Virus record (IMG/VR): IMGVR_UViG_3300010396_000010
Coordinates: 1-64,000 of that record
DNA length: 64,000 nt
From: a virus
Strand: one strand, 5' to 3'
Both the position numbers and the translations under genes were made by a program. How positions within the stretch are numbered: position 1 is the stretch's first letter; each line of letters opens with the position of its first letter. Under the pieces are notes generated by a model. The model ran no database searches. It was not told where the DNA came from and was given only the letters and a program-made list of their open reading frames with translations. Positions 18,144 through 25,981 of this stretch are shown here, piece by piece.

Positions 18144-19486
18144 GCTTCGTTCCCTTCTCTGAGATAAAGTGTTGCCTGGTTTTCGCCCTCTTGCGTCCAC
18201 CGCTGCCAGAAGGTGTGCCAATCCTGCTGCATCAGTGCCGCGACGATGGCGTGGCAGTCAGCCTCAGAATCAGCATAGATGGCGATGGCACGCCTCAGTA
18301 CTTCCCATTGCTTCTCGGTGAGCGAGGGGCAAGAAGCGGCAATGGCGAGGGGCGGCATCTCGCCACTAAGGATCTGCTGCATCACCACTGTTGCCGCCTG
18401 GTGCATGGCGGGCGTCGCGTGCGAGTAGAGGTCGAGCGTGACGGCGATACTACTGTGTCCTAACATCTCGCTCACCAGTTTGGGGTGCATCCCCGCTTCG
18501 AGCAAGAGCGTGGCGGCAGTGTGGCGCATGTCGTGAAAGCGAATCTCCGGTATGCCCGCCCGCTTAATAGCAGGCTTGAAGTACCGGGTGGTTGCGCTTT
18601 CCGGGCCAACGGGCGTTCCTAGCGTCGTCGTGAAGACTAAGCCATGCTCGTTATGCCAGCGGTCGCCCATCGCCTCGGCTTCCTCTTGCTGCCGCTCACA
18701 ATGGCGTTGTAAGGCGTCAATCGCCAACGAGGTCAGACAAACGGTATGCGTGGACGCATGCGTCTTGGGCTGCTTCATCGTGAGCTTGCCCTTGATGCGC
18801 TGCAAGTTGCCCCGCACTTGAATCCATCCCCGTTCCAAATCGACGGTTGACCAGCGTAGACCAAAAAGTTCCCCTTCGCGCATGCCGGTTGAGAGTGCGA
18901 GAACAAACAAGGCTTCGTAACGGTCGCCCTTGATGACATCAAGAAACCGCCGCGCCTCATTGACGCTCCACGTTGTATGTTCCTTGCGGTCCTTGCGGGG
19001 TGCCTCAATCATGTCGGCGGGATTGCGTAGGAGCACGCCCTGCTTTACCGCTGCTTCAAGGGCGATGTGCAGGATGCGGTGAATATGATTCACTGTTGTT
19101 CCTGACAGCCCCTCTTTGAATCGCTGTGCATAGAGCTTTTGCAGATGCGCAGCGGTGAGTTTGCTTGGGGCAATGTCCATCAGTTCTTGGAAGTAGAGGC
19201 GAACACATTTGCGGTAGTTTTCCGCTGTTTTTCCTGGTCGGCTCTGTTCCTTGTTCGCCAGCCATACCTCAAAGAACTGCCGCAACGTGGTGAAGTCGTT
19301 ACCGGGCATCATGCCCCGCTGGTGTTCCGCCTCAGCCAGCAGCGCCTTGATCTTGGCCTGGACGCCAGCGCGTGTGTCATCCCGAACGGTTCTGCGTTTG
19401 CCGTCTGGCATCGACACGCGCCCCATCCAACGCCCATCGGGTTGTTTCGTGTAGGTGCCTTCGTTGTTGCCTCTGCGACCGGCCAT
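18140..19486 (-). CDS. int: tyrosine integrase
   Basis: N-terminal arm-binding GEGT-like motif; TGMREGEL, RFHDMRH, LGHS and LDLYSH catalytic motifs. Confidence 0.95.
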   Translation of the reverse strand: MAGRRGNNEGTYTKQPDGRWMGRVSMPDGKRRTVRDDTRAGVQAKIKALLAEAEHQRGMMPGNDFTTLRQFFEVWLANKEQSRPGKTAENYRKCVRLYFQELMDIAPSKLTAAHLQKLYAQRFKEGLSGTTVNHIHRILHIALEAAVKQGVLLRNPADMIEAPRKDRKEHTTWSVNEARRFLDVIKGDRYEALFVLALSTGMREGELFGLRWSTVDLERGWIQVRGNLQRIKGKLTMKQPKTHASTHTVCLTSLAIDALQRHCERQQEEAEAMGDRWHNEHGLVFTTTLGTPVGPESATTRYFKPAIKRAGIPEIRFHDMRHTAATLLLEAGMHPKLVSEMLGHSSIAVTLDLYSHATPAMHQAATVVMQQILSGEMPPLAIAASCPSLTEKQWEVLRRAIAIYADSEADCHAIVAALMQQDWHTFWQRWTQEGENQATLYLREGNEA

Positions 19487-19698
19487 TAGAAGTCGCCCCC
19501 GGCGAGGCGGTCCAGTTCCTTTTGCGAGATGCGGCGCACACGCGGGCTGATTTGCTTGGCGCGAATGATGCCAATGGTGATCATGCGGCGCACCGTGTCT
19601 TGGCTGACTTTCAGGATAGTTGCCGCCTCTTTGACGGTGTAGAACTGCTCTTTACGTGCAGGTGGCAGCATAGCGATGCTTTGAAGTGCTGGTTGCAT
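19486..19698 (-). CDS. xis: excisionase-like HTH_17 protein
   Basis: YTVKEAATILKVSQDTVRRMI..RRIS; coupled to int. Confidence 0.8.
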   Translation of the reverse strand: MQPALQSIAMLPPARKEQFYTVKEAATILKVSQDTVRRMITIGIIRAKQISPRVRRISQKELDRLAGGDF

Positions 19699-19818
19699 GG
19701 GTTTTTGTCCTTTCTGTTACGCTGTAATCACGTTGACCTGGCTACAGTATGCCATAACGACTAATACTTGTCAATAGGACATGATATATGGTATGGTGTA
19801 GGCAGAAAGGATCAGGAC

Positions 19819-20385
19819 ATGCTCTTAACAAGGCTTGAAGCGGCTGCGGGTAAGCAGGGCGGATGGATCATCGAATGTGACAACCCTATGTGGCTTGCGC
19901 GATTCCTGCGATCATTGCCGCCTACCGATGCACGCCCTTTTAGCTTCGGTGGCGTGTGGTGGGTATCTGATGAGACGCTGGAAATGTTTGAATTTCGCTG
20001 CGATAACTTTGCGACGATGTGCCGCAGTGTTGGGCGCGAACCATCAGTGCGCCAGAAAGAGCGAGAGCGCAACCGCCAGTATTGGCAGGAGCGTAGGCGT
20101 GATCAGCAAGAGCGTGAAGAACACGAACGCCAGCAGCGCGAAGCAGAAGAACGGATACGCCAGCAGAAGCGCGAACGCCAGCAGCGCAAGCCCGCGCCAC
20201 CTCCGCCACGCGGCGTGATGAATCCCTATAGACTGCTGGGCATCAAGTCAGGGGCGACGCTACCGGAAATCAAGAAAGCCTATCGCGCCCTCGCCCTAAA
20301 GCATCATCCCGATCATGGGGGCGACATTGAACTGATGAAGCGAATCAACCTGGCCTACGAGAAACTGACGAAAGGACGAAGATGA
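19819..20385 (+). CDS. J-domain (DnaJ-like) protein
   Basis: NPYRLLGI..IKKAYRALALKHHPDHGG..INLAYEKL C-terminal J-domain. Confidence 0.9.
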   Translation: MLLTRLEAAAGKQGGWIIECDNPMWLARFLRSLPPTDARPFSFGGVWWVSDETLEMFEFRCDNFATMCRSVGREPSVRQKERERNRQYWQERRRDQQEREEHERQQREAEERIRQQKRERQQRKPAPPPPRGVMNPYRLLGIKSGATLPEIKKAYRALALKHHPDHGGDIELMKRINLAYEKLTKGRR

Positions 20386-20630
20386 AAGACAACCAATTTG
20401 CCCATGCGAATGTAGGGTGGGCGCTCTGCCCCAAGTGCGGCGGTCGTAAACGGTTTATCCACCACAAGGACTGTCGTTGCCCTACGTGCCAGCGAGAGTA
20501 TACGTGGCAAGAAGTGATGCGAGATGGCCCACAGGGCAAACTTGCCTGTGGGCATGATTGGGGGGCGCTGCACCTCGAAAGCGAAGTGGTGTTTTGTCCT
20601 GAGTGTGGCGGAACGGGGTTACGAGGATGA
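20382..20630 (+). CDS. zinc-finger protein
   Basis: CPKCGG, CPTC and CPECGGTG motifs. Confidence 0.6.
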   Translation: MKDNQFAHANVGWALCPKCGGRKRFIHHKDCRCPTCQREYTWQEVMRDGPQGKLACGHDWGALHLESEVVFCPECGGTGLRG

Positions 20631-20645
20631 AGGAGAACAATAGTC

Positions 20646-20909
20646 ATGACGCCTGATCCTCGACAAACTCTTATTGAGCAAATCGCCCATTCCCGCGCCA
20701 TCGACAACGACGCAGGATGGTGGGAATGCATGCACTGCGAAATGGACGGACCGCGCATCGAAGTCTTGGTCCAGTTCACGCCTTTGTCCCCTGCGAGGTT
20801 TCGTGGACGCCCCACCCATAACCTCAACTGCCCTGTCATACAATGCCGCTTGCTTCTAGGGTGGGATCTGGAAAAGGCGATGCGGTATGATTGGGAACAC
20901 GACGACTAA
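20646..20909 (+). CDS. hypothetical protein
   Basis: AAGGAG RBS; CMHC...HNLNC. Confidence 0.55.
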   Translation: MTPDPRQTLIEQIAHSRAIDNDAGWWECMHCEMDGPRIEVLVQFTPLSPARFRGRPTHNLNCPVIQCRLLLGWDLEKAMRYDWEHDD

Positions 20910-21145
20910 CCCCCAACCGTCGCGCCCTAGTGAGGCAAGGACGCCTTCGCCATGTCGAGTAGACTCATTGTCCATCGTGATCCAGAATCGTGCCTACAGC
21001 GCGTTACACGACTGCCCGTCCGTGTGCTGTGTAGGCAATATGCAGGAATTACCCCAAAACGCTGTTGACAGTAGCCAACGAAAAGTGGTAAGATGTGTCT
21101 AAGAAACATTAGTAATCTTTGCATAAACGGCGCGAAAGGAGGCTA

Positions 21146-22123
21146 GTGGTGGATAGTGAACTGACAACTCATTCGCTTGATGACATGATCGAGCAATGGG
21201 TTAGGGCAAAGTTCCAAATAACCAAAAGCGAAAGAACGGCAAAGGCATATATCGAAACACTGATACGGTTTCGCTCTTGGCTGCAACGCCATGATCTTGA
21301 TTTGGATAGTCCAGCACAAGTTATTGTGCCAAAGGCTCTTGAATGGCTAGCGCAGTCACGGCATCCAAGTAAGAAGGAAGTTACCGCAGGTACATTCAAT
21401 CAGCGTCGAGCCATTCTTTCCAGTTTCTACACCTACGCCATTCGTCAAGGCTACGCCATTGAAGTGAATCCAATGCTGCGCATCGATCCCATGCGTGGTG
21501 CTGCCCGTCGAGGAACGCAAGGTGTTTCAATTGAAACCGTCAGGCAAAATCTTCTTGCCATCAATCAGTCAACATTGGTGGGTTTGCGTGACTTTGCCCT
21601 TATAGAATTTGCAGCTATGACGGGCAAACGCGCACATGAGTTGATCGCACTCAACTTGGGCGATCTTCACGTTCAAAATGACGGCGTTCTCATTGCATGG
21701 GAAACACTGAAAGGTGGAGATAAGCAGGAGCGGTTATATGAGTACCCGCACGCGGCTAACCTCCTGCGCTATCTCATGGTACAGTATGGCCCCGAATGGC
21801 CCTCGCTCCCGAAGGGTACTCCGGTTTGGTCGTCACAATCCTTCAATACAGGAAAAGACGGCAAGCGCCTAACTCGCAATGGGTTGGCGTATATCTACGA
21901 ACGCCGCATTGGAACGACGAAGGTTCATGACACGCGCCGCATATTCGCACAAACAGCGTTTCGTGTGGGCGCATCAGCACCACAGGTTCAGCAGCTTATG
22001 GGGCATCGCACTCTTGCGGCAACACAACGCTATGCAGAGGCAGAACAAACAGCCATCAACCCATTTGCTAACAAAATGGGAAAATTGCTCGGCTTAACTG
22101 CCGACGAACAGAAAGAGGATTAG
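21146..22123 (+). CDS. second tyrosine recombinase (XerC/D-like)
   Basis: RDFAL..TGKRAHEL, KGG, HDTRR, MGH and TQRY catalytic set; no arm domain; own TTGACA-18-TAAGAT promoter. Confidence 0.9.
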   Translation: MVDSELTTHSLDDMIEQWVRAKFQITKSERTAKAYIETLIRFRSWLQRHDLDLDSPAQVIVPKALEWLAQSRHPSKKEVTAGTFNQRRAILSSFYTYAIRQGYAIEVNPMLRIDPMRGAARRGTQGVSIETVRQNLLAINQSTLVGLRDFALIEFAAMTGKRAHELIALNLGDLHVQNDGVLIAWETLKGGDKQERLYEYPHAANLLRYLMVQYGPEWPSLPKGTPVWSSQSFNTGKDGKRLTRNGLAYIYERRIGTTKVHDTRRIFAQTAFRVGASAPQVQQLMGHRTLAATQRYAEAEQTAINPFANKMGKLLGLTADEQKED

Positions 22124-22126
22124 GAC

Positions 22127-22972
22127 ATGAAAGTTATCAAATCGGGACTCATCGACTCTGAGGACACGCTTGTTCGACTTGGCATTATTGACTTCGGGCG
22201 TAACAATGATAAGTTATTTGATGGACCCCACAATGCGATTCGCTTGGTCAGCCTGTTTTGTGTGCAAACTATGTCATATACCGTGCTTGAACAAGACCTC
22301 GAACAATATGAAGCGCAACCGGGAATGCCAGATTGGCATCATGTAGGCGTTCATGAGGGTATCGGTCGCAGGTATTGGAATATGTTCAAGACTCATTTCC
22401 CTTCCAGCATTCTCAAATTTCATGATTCACCTGACTTCTCAGGAGAGTTGCGCGAACCTCATATGGATGTCGATTTTGCGGGAGATATAGGTACTGTTTC
22501 AGCAAGCGCATTTTTGGATAGTATCAGGCGAATGCTGCCCGGCGATCTATGGATTTCCGTAGGCGACAAGACGCAAGTGATCTTGGAGGCGCATTTATCT
22601 CACCCACTGCTATCTCGAAGGTATTCAACCAATTTTCTTGCTGAAAATGATCCCTTTCCTAATATGGCTAAGTCATGGAAGGATTTTGTCAATGACTATG
22701 GATACGATGTGAATTGGGGTGAGGAGGAATACGGGAAGATAAAGGATGCTTATCTTTCCCAAAGAGCGGATTTACGCAAGCGCATGAGAGCAGAAAACAC
22801 CGATCCGTTTGCCATTCAAGCGGCAGATTTTGGGTTTTACTGGACGTTTATGCGCCGACTAAAAGAAAACAGTGTGCAAGCTGCCGCCCCGAATAATCCG
22901 CTGCGTAGCGAACTCCAACAACTTCGCGCACGTATGGCAGAAATTGAACGCCAACTAGCAGAGAAGGGCTAG
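22127..22972 (+). CDS. hypothetical protein (low-GC moron)
   Basis: 281-aa ORF directly after the recombinase. Confidence 0.65.
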   Translation: MKVIKSGLIDSEDTLVRLGIIDFGRNNDKLFDGPHNAIRLVSLFCVQTMSYTVLEQDLEQYEAQPGMPDWHHVGVHEGIGRRYWNMFKTHFPSSILKFHDSPDFSGELREPHMDVDFAGDIGTVSASAFLDSIRRMLPGDLWISVGDKTQVILEAHLSHPLLSRRYSTNFLAENDPFPNMAKSWKDFVNDYGYDVNWGEEEYGKIKDAYLSQRADLRKRMRAENTDPFAIQAADFGFYWTFMRRLKENSVQAAAPNNPLRSELQQLRARMAEIERQLAEKG

Positions 22973-23076
22973 GGCATTTTTCCAAGATTAGGGAATAGTG
23001 GGTGCTATGTCGGATACTTGACATAGCACCCTTTCCTTTGGCGGTGCGCGAAAAAGATAACGTGAAGGAGATGTAC

Positions 23077-23292
23077 ATGCAAAAGTGGGAATACCTCGTT
23101 ATGACCGTTGGCCCGAACGATAAGTTGAATGTTCGGGCTATGGGTGAAATGGGGGCTGATGGATGGGAACTCGCAGGGATAATGCCTAACGTGAAACCAT
23201 TTCAACAATCAGCCGGAACGATCAGTATCGGATCTCAACTTGGCACTGAAAACAAACTGATCTTTAAGCGTCCGGTTCAAGAAGGGGAATAA
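23077..23292 (+). CDS. DUF4177-like protein
   Basis: MQKWEYL...MGADGWELAG...IFKRP. Confidence 0.8.
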   Translation: MQKWEYLVMTVGPNDKLNVRAMGEMGADGWELAGIMPNVKPFQQSAGTISIGSQLGTENKLIFKRPVQEGE

Positions 23293-23297
23293 ACACA

Positions 23298-23337
23298 AAA
23301 GCGGAGGGCGGGATCAGGTGATCCCGCCCTCCGCTTT
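23298..23337. terminator. bidirectional terminator
   Basis: 19-bp perfect inverted repeat AAAGCGGAGGGCGGGATCA / TGATCCCGCCCTCCGCTTT. Confidence 0.85.
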
Positions 23338-23453
23338 GCCGAGGCTCCAACACACCCCACCTGCGCATGGTGGTTGCCTCTGCCGTGTGTCGGCGGCGCT
23401 GGCGCACCACACCTAGCTTATGCGATGCTCAACCGATGGGTGAATGGTACCGG

Positions 23454-23527
23454 CGGGGCCAGTCGGACTTGCACCTACTCTATCACTCGTGGAAAAGCGA
23501 CGTGCTACTCTTACACTATCTAGCCCC
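23454..23527 (-). tRNA. atypical tRNA-like RNA (Gly-TCC-like)
   Basis: GGGGCTA(G)/(C)TGGCCCC acceptor, GTGT/GCAC D-stem, TCGCT/AGTGA anticodon stem with 8-nt loop TTTCCACG, T-loop TGCAAGT; no CCA. Confidence 0.55.
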
Positions 23528-23683
23528 ATGTATGCCCCAGGCGCTATGTACTCCCCTTCGCTGGCTTGTCACTATTCGCTAGTGCAACAACCGGTAGTCG
23601 CGTTCGGACTGCATGCCGGTCCTCGGAGAGCCGTTCGTCATCACCAGAAGGGCATACGTTCCAGTGATGCAGTAGGCACTTCC

Positions 23684-23712
23684 ATCATAGCATATCGCCT
23701 ACATGTTGTCAA
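23684..23712 (-). promoter_or_regulatory. sigma70 promoter driving the non-coding unit
   Basis: TTGACA-17-TATGAT on the minus strand, with TG extension. Confidence 0.75.
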
Positions 23713-23723
23713 CAACCTACACG

Positions 23724-23771
23724 AAAACGCCCACCCGCTCAACGTCTGCGCAGACCGGAGCGGATGGGCGT
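23724..23771 (-). terminator. terminator of the late morphogenesis operon
   Basis: Minus-strand ACGCCCATCCGCTC...GAGCGGGTGGGCGT hairpin followed by TTT. Confidence 0.65.
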
Positions 23772-23862
23772 CTATCACAAGATGCAGCGGGAGACAAAAC
23801 CTACTGCACGTGTTCAGTGTCGCATAGACCAGCGCGTGCGTCAAGCGCCATAGACAGAATGC

Positions 23863-25167
23863 CTAGTTAAATTGGCTGGCGGCATATTGCAGCGCGAGGT
23901 CCAGCAGGAACCGATCCTGTGAAGGCTGCAAGATAGCGAGCTCCAGTTGCACGCTATCGAACTGGTAGGTGAGTCCGGCGATAGTGACGGTCTGATTGAT
24001 CTGCGCCCCCGGCGAGGCGTCCCACACGTCCACATCCCATACCGCCTGATCCCAAAGCGTATTTCCGGCATTGTGGTTGGGGTTCTCGATGCGGCAGGTT
24101 TGCCCCACCTGGATCGTTTCGATGTCGTAGCCCAGCCCGGAGGTGTCGCCCCGATTATCGACAATGGTGATCGTGCTGCGATATTGCACCACATCTTGCT
24201 CGGCCAGGGTGGCTTGCGCGTAGCGTGTGGCCGTCGCGGCGTCGATCAGGCGTGGCTCCACGATGACCAGCGTGCGCCGACCATAGATGCTCACATCCGC
24301 CGAGGTTGCCCGCGCCGTCACGCCCGTTCCCACCACATAGATATCATTCTTTAAGGTGGTGTAATCCTTCTCATATTGGGGCTGGTTGATGTGCTTGCCG
24401 ACGATGAAGGTGTGCGTCGGTGTCGTCGCGGCCTGGGCGAAGGTGACGGTCTTGGTGGCGTGGTTGGTGCGCCAGAACCAATTTTGTGGCGCGATGGTGC
24501 GTACTGCCTCGAAGAACTCCGCGAGGCTTTGGTTGTGAAACTGCAACTGATAGGTTGCGCCACTGCTGGACGGGTTGGCGGGATCGAGGGTAAGCGGATT
24601 GGGATACGGGTTTCCTGTCACGGGATCGTTATTGCCGAAGGGCCAGTTAAACATGGTCACTGGATCAACATAGGTGCCAGGGCTGCCCGCCGTGCCGAAG
24701 TTCTGCGTGCCGATGAATTTGACATCGCCCAACACGGTATCGAAGGGCGTGAGGGTGATCTGGATCGTCTCGGTGTTGGATTCATCAATGGAGGGCATGT
24801 ATTTGTCGATATAGCCCTGGTAGACCAGCCGCCCCGCCGTGAGGGTGGCGTTGTCATAGATCCAGAACTGCACCACGTTCCCGGCTTGCACGGTGCCGCG
24901 CCCTCGGTCGTCCCCAGCCTCATCGAAGTTATCAAAGGCGCGGGGCAGGGTGACGGTGATCTGATTGGTGACGGCATTGACGGCGAACTTGGGGGCGGAG
25001 GTGCCGCTACTATTGCTCTGATCGCCCAAGAGCGATGCGTCGCGCCACACATCGAGAAATTGCCCCGCCGCGTTATAGACCTTCACCACCTGCTGCTTGA
25101 CGATCAAGCGTGGCGCAGGTGGCGTGGGAATCGTGACGAGGGGATAGACCCCTAAGAGAATCGACAT
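23863..25167 (-). CDS. tail hub/minor tail protein (Tal/ReqiPepy6 Gp37-like)
   Basis: Follows Dit; LKNDIYVVG, YGRR and WDQAVWDVDVWD motifs. Confidence 0.7.
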   Translation of the reverse strand: MSILLGVYPLVTIPTPPAPRLIVKQQVVKVYNAAGQFLDVWRDASLLGDQSNSSGTSAPKFAVNAVTNQITVTLPRAFDNFDEAGDDRGRGTVQAGNVVQFWIYDNATLTAGRLVYQGYIDKYMPSIDESNTETIQITLTPFDTVLGDVKFIGTQNFGTAGSPGTYVDPVTMFNWPFGNNDPVTGNPYPNPLTLDPANPSSSGATYQLQFHNQSLAEFFEAVRTIAPQNWFWRTNHATKTVTFAQAATTPTHTFIVGKHINQPQYEKDYTTLKNDIYVVGTGVTARATSADVSIYGRRTLVIVEPRLIDAATATRYAQATLAEQDVVQYRSTITIVDNRGDTSGLGYDIETIQVGQTCRIENPNHNAGNTLWDQAVWDVDVWDASPGAQINQTVTIAGLTYQFDSVQLELAILQPSQDRFLLDLALQYAASQFN

Positions 25168-25171
25168 CAGC

Positions 25172-25981
25172 TCACCCTAAATACCGATTGGTCCAGGACC
25201 AGTTCATCGTGACCAGTGGCGCGGATGCGGCGTTGCCCTGCAACTGCCAGGTCGAGGTTCCCGTATCTAGCACCGGAAAGACGCCGGAGAAATCATAGAG
25301 GGTCGCCGTCGAGCCATTCTTGTAGATCAGATAGCCGTTATTGGTGGAGAGCAGCGGATCGCAGACAATGGTCACGTAGTCCCCAGCGTTGAGCGTCAGG
25401 GCTGTAATCGACAGCACGGTATTATCCGTCTGATTGGTCAGCACGAGATTGGAGATCGCAGGAGTGCCAACATTGGTAATGGTGATGGTCGGGCGACTAA
25501 AGACCGTGCCGCCCCCGGTCACGGCAGTGGTGAAGGTGTACGGGTTGCTGCCCAAGCCAAAGAGCGTGGCGCTAGAACTGCTCGGCGCGGGCGCATACGC
25601 AAACGGCTGCTGACACTCGAAGTCGAGTTCCATTGCAACATACGACGGGTGGTTAATCACGCGCTTGCTGCTGACGCAATCGGCCACGAAATAGCGCCCA
25701 TCGCCATGCAGCACCAGCGGTTGTTGTCGCTGGTAGAGGGCGAGGTCCAGCGTATCCAGCGCGGCTTCCAGCGCGGCGCGTGTCCCCGCCAGCGGCATCA
25801 CGGCAACGGTGAGCTTGACCTTGCGATCATCCTGACTCTCGCCCGATTTCTTCATGCCTTCCATGCGGGCGATCTTGGTCATCACCTGCGTGATGTCCAC
25901 CCAGGACAGATCCACCGCCTCCATGAAGAAGGTGAGGTTATCATGTAGCAGGAAGCCGCCATAGCTATAGGGGATCGTCAT
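25172..25981 (-). CDS. distal tail protein (Dit)
   Basis: Directly after TMP; FECQQPFAY, FPVLDTG and WTNRYL motifs. Confidence 0.75.
   Translation of the reverse strand: MTIPYSYGGFLLHDNLTFFMEAVDLSWVDITQVMTKIARMEGMKKSGESQDDRKVKLTVAVMPLAGTRAALEAALDTLDLALYQRQQPLVLHGDGRYFVADCVSSKRVINHPSYVAMELDFECQQPFAYAPAPSSSSATLFGLGSNPYTFTTAVTGGGTVFSRPTITITNVGTPAISNLVLTNQTDNTVLSITALTLNAGDYVTIVCDPLLSTNNGYLIYKNGSTATLYDFSGVFPVLDTGTSTWQLQGNAASAPLVTMNWSWTNRYLG

Noticed and set aside
21146-22123. Protelomerase
   Set aside because: Has Xer-like HxxR spacing and size, and lacks recognisable TelN/TelA features; the link to the palindrome remains a hypothesis only.
23400-23454. Theta (HDV-like) ribozyme after the tRNA-like RNA
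   Set aside because: A P1-like stem with G-U exists, but only 11 nt are enclosed, too few for P2/P3/L3.
23338-23680. tmRNA
   Set aside because: Starts GGGGCT but lacks G3-U70, has an anticodon arm, and shows no tag ORF.
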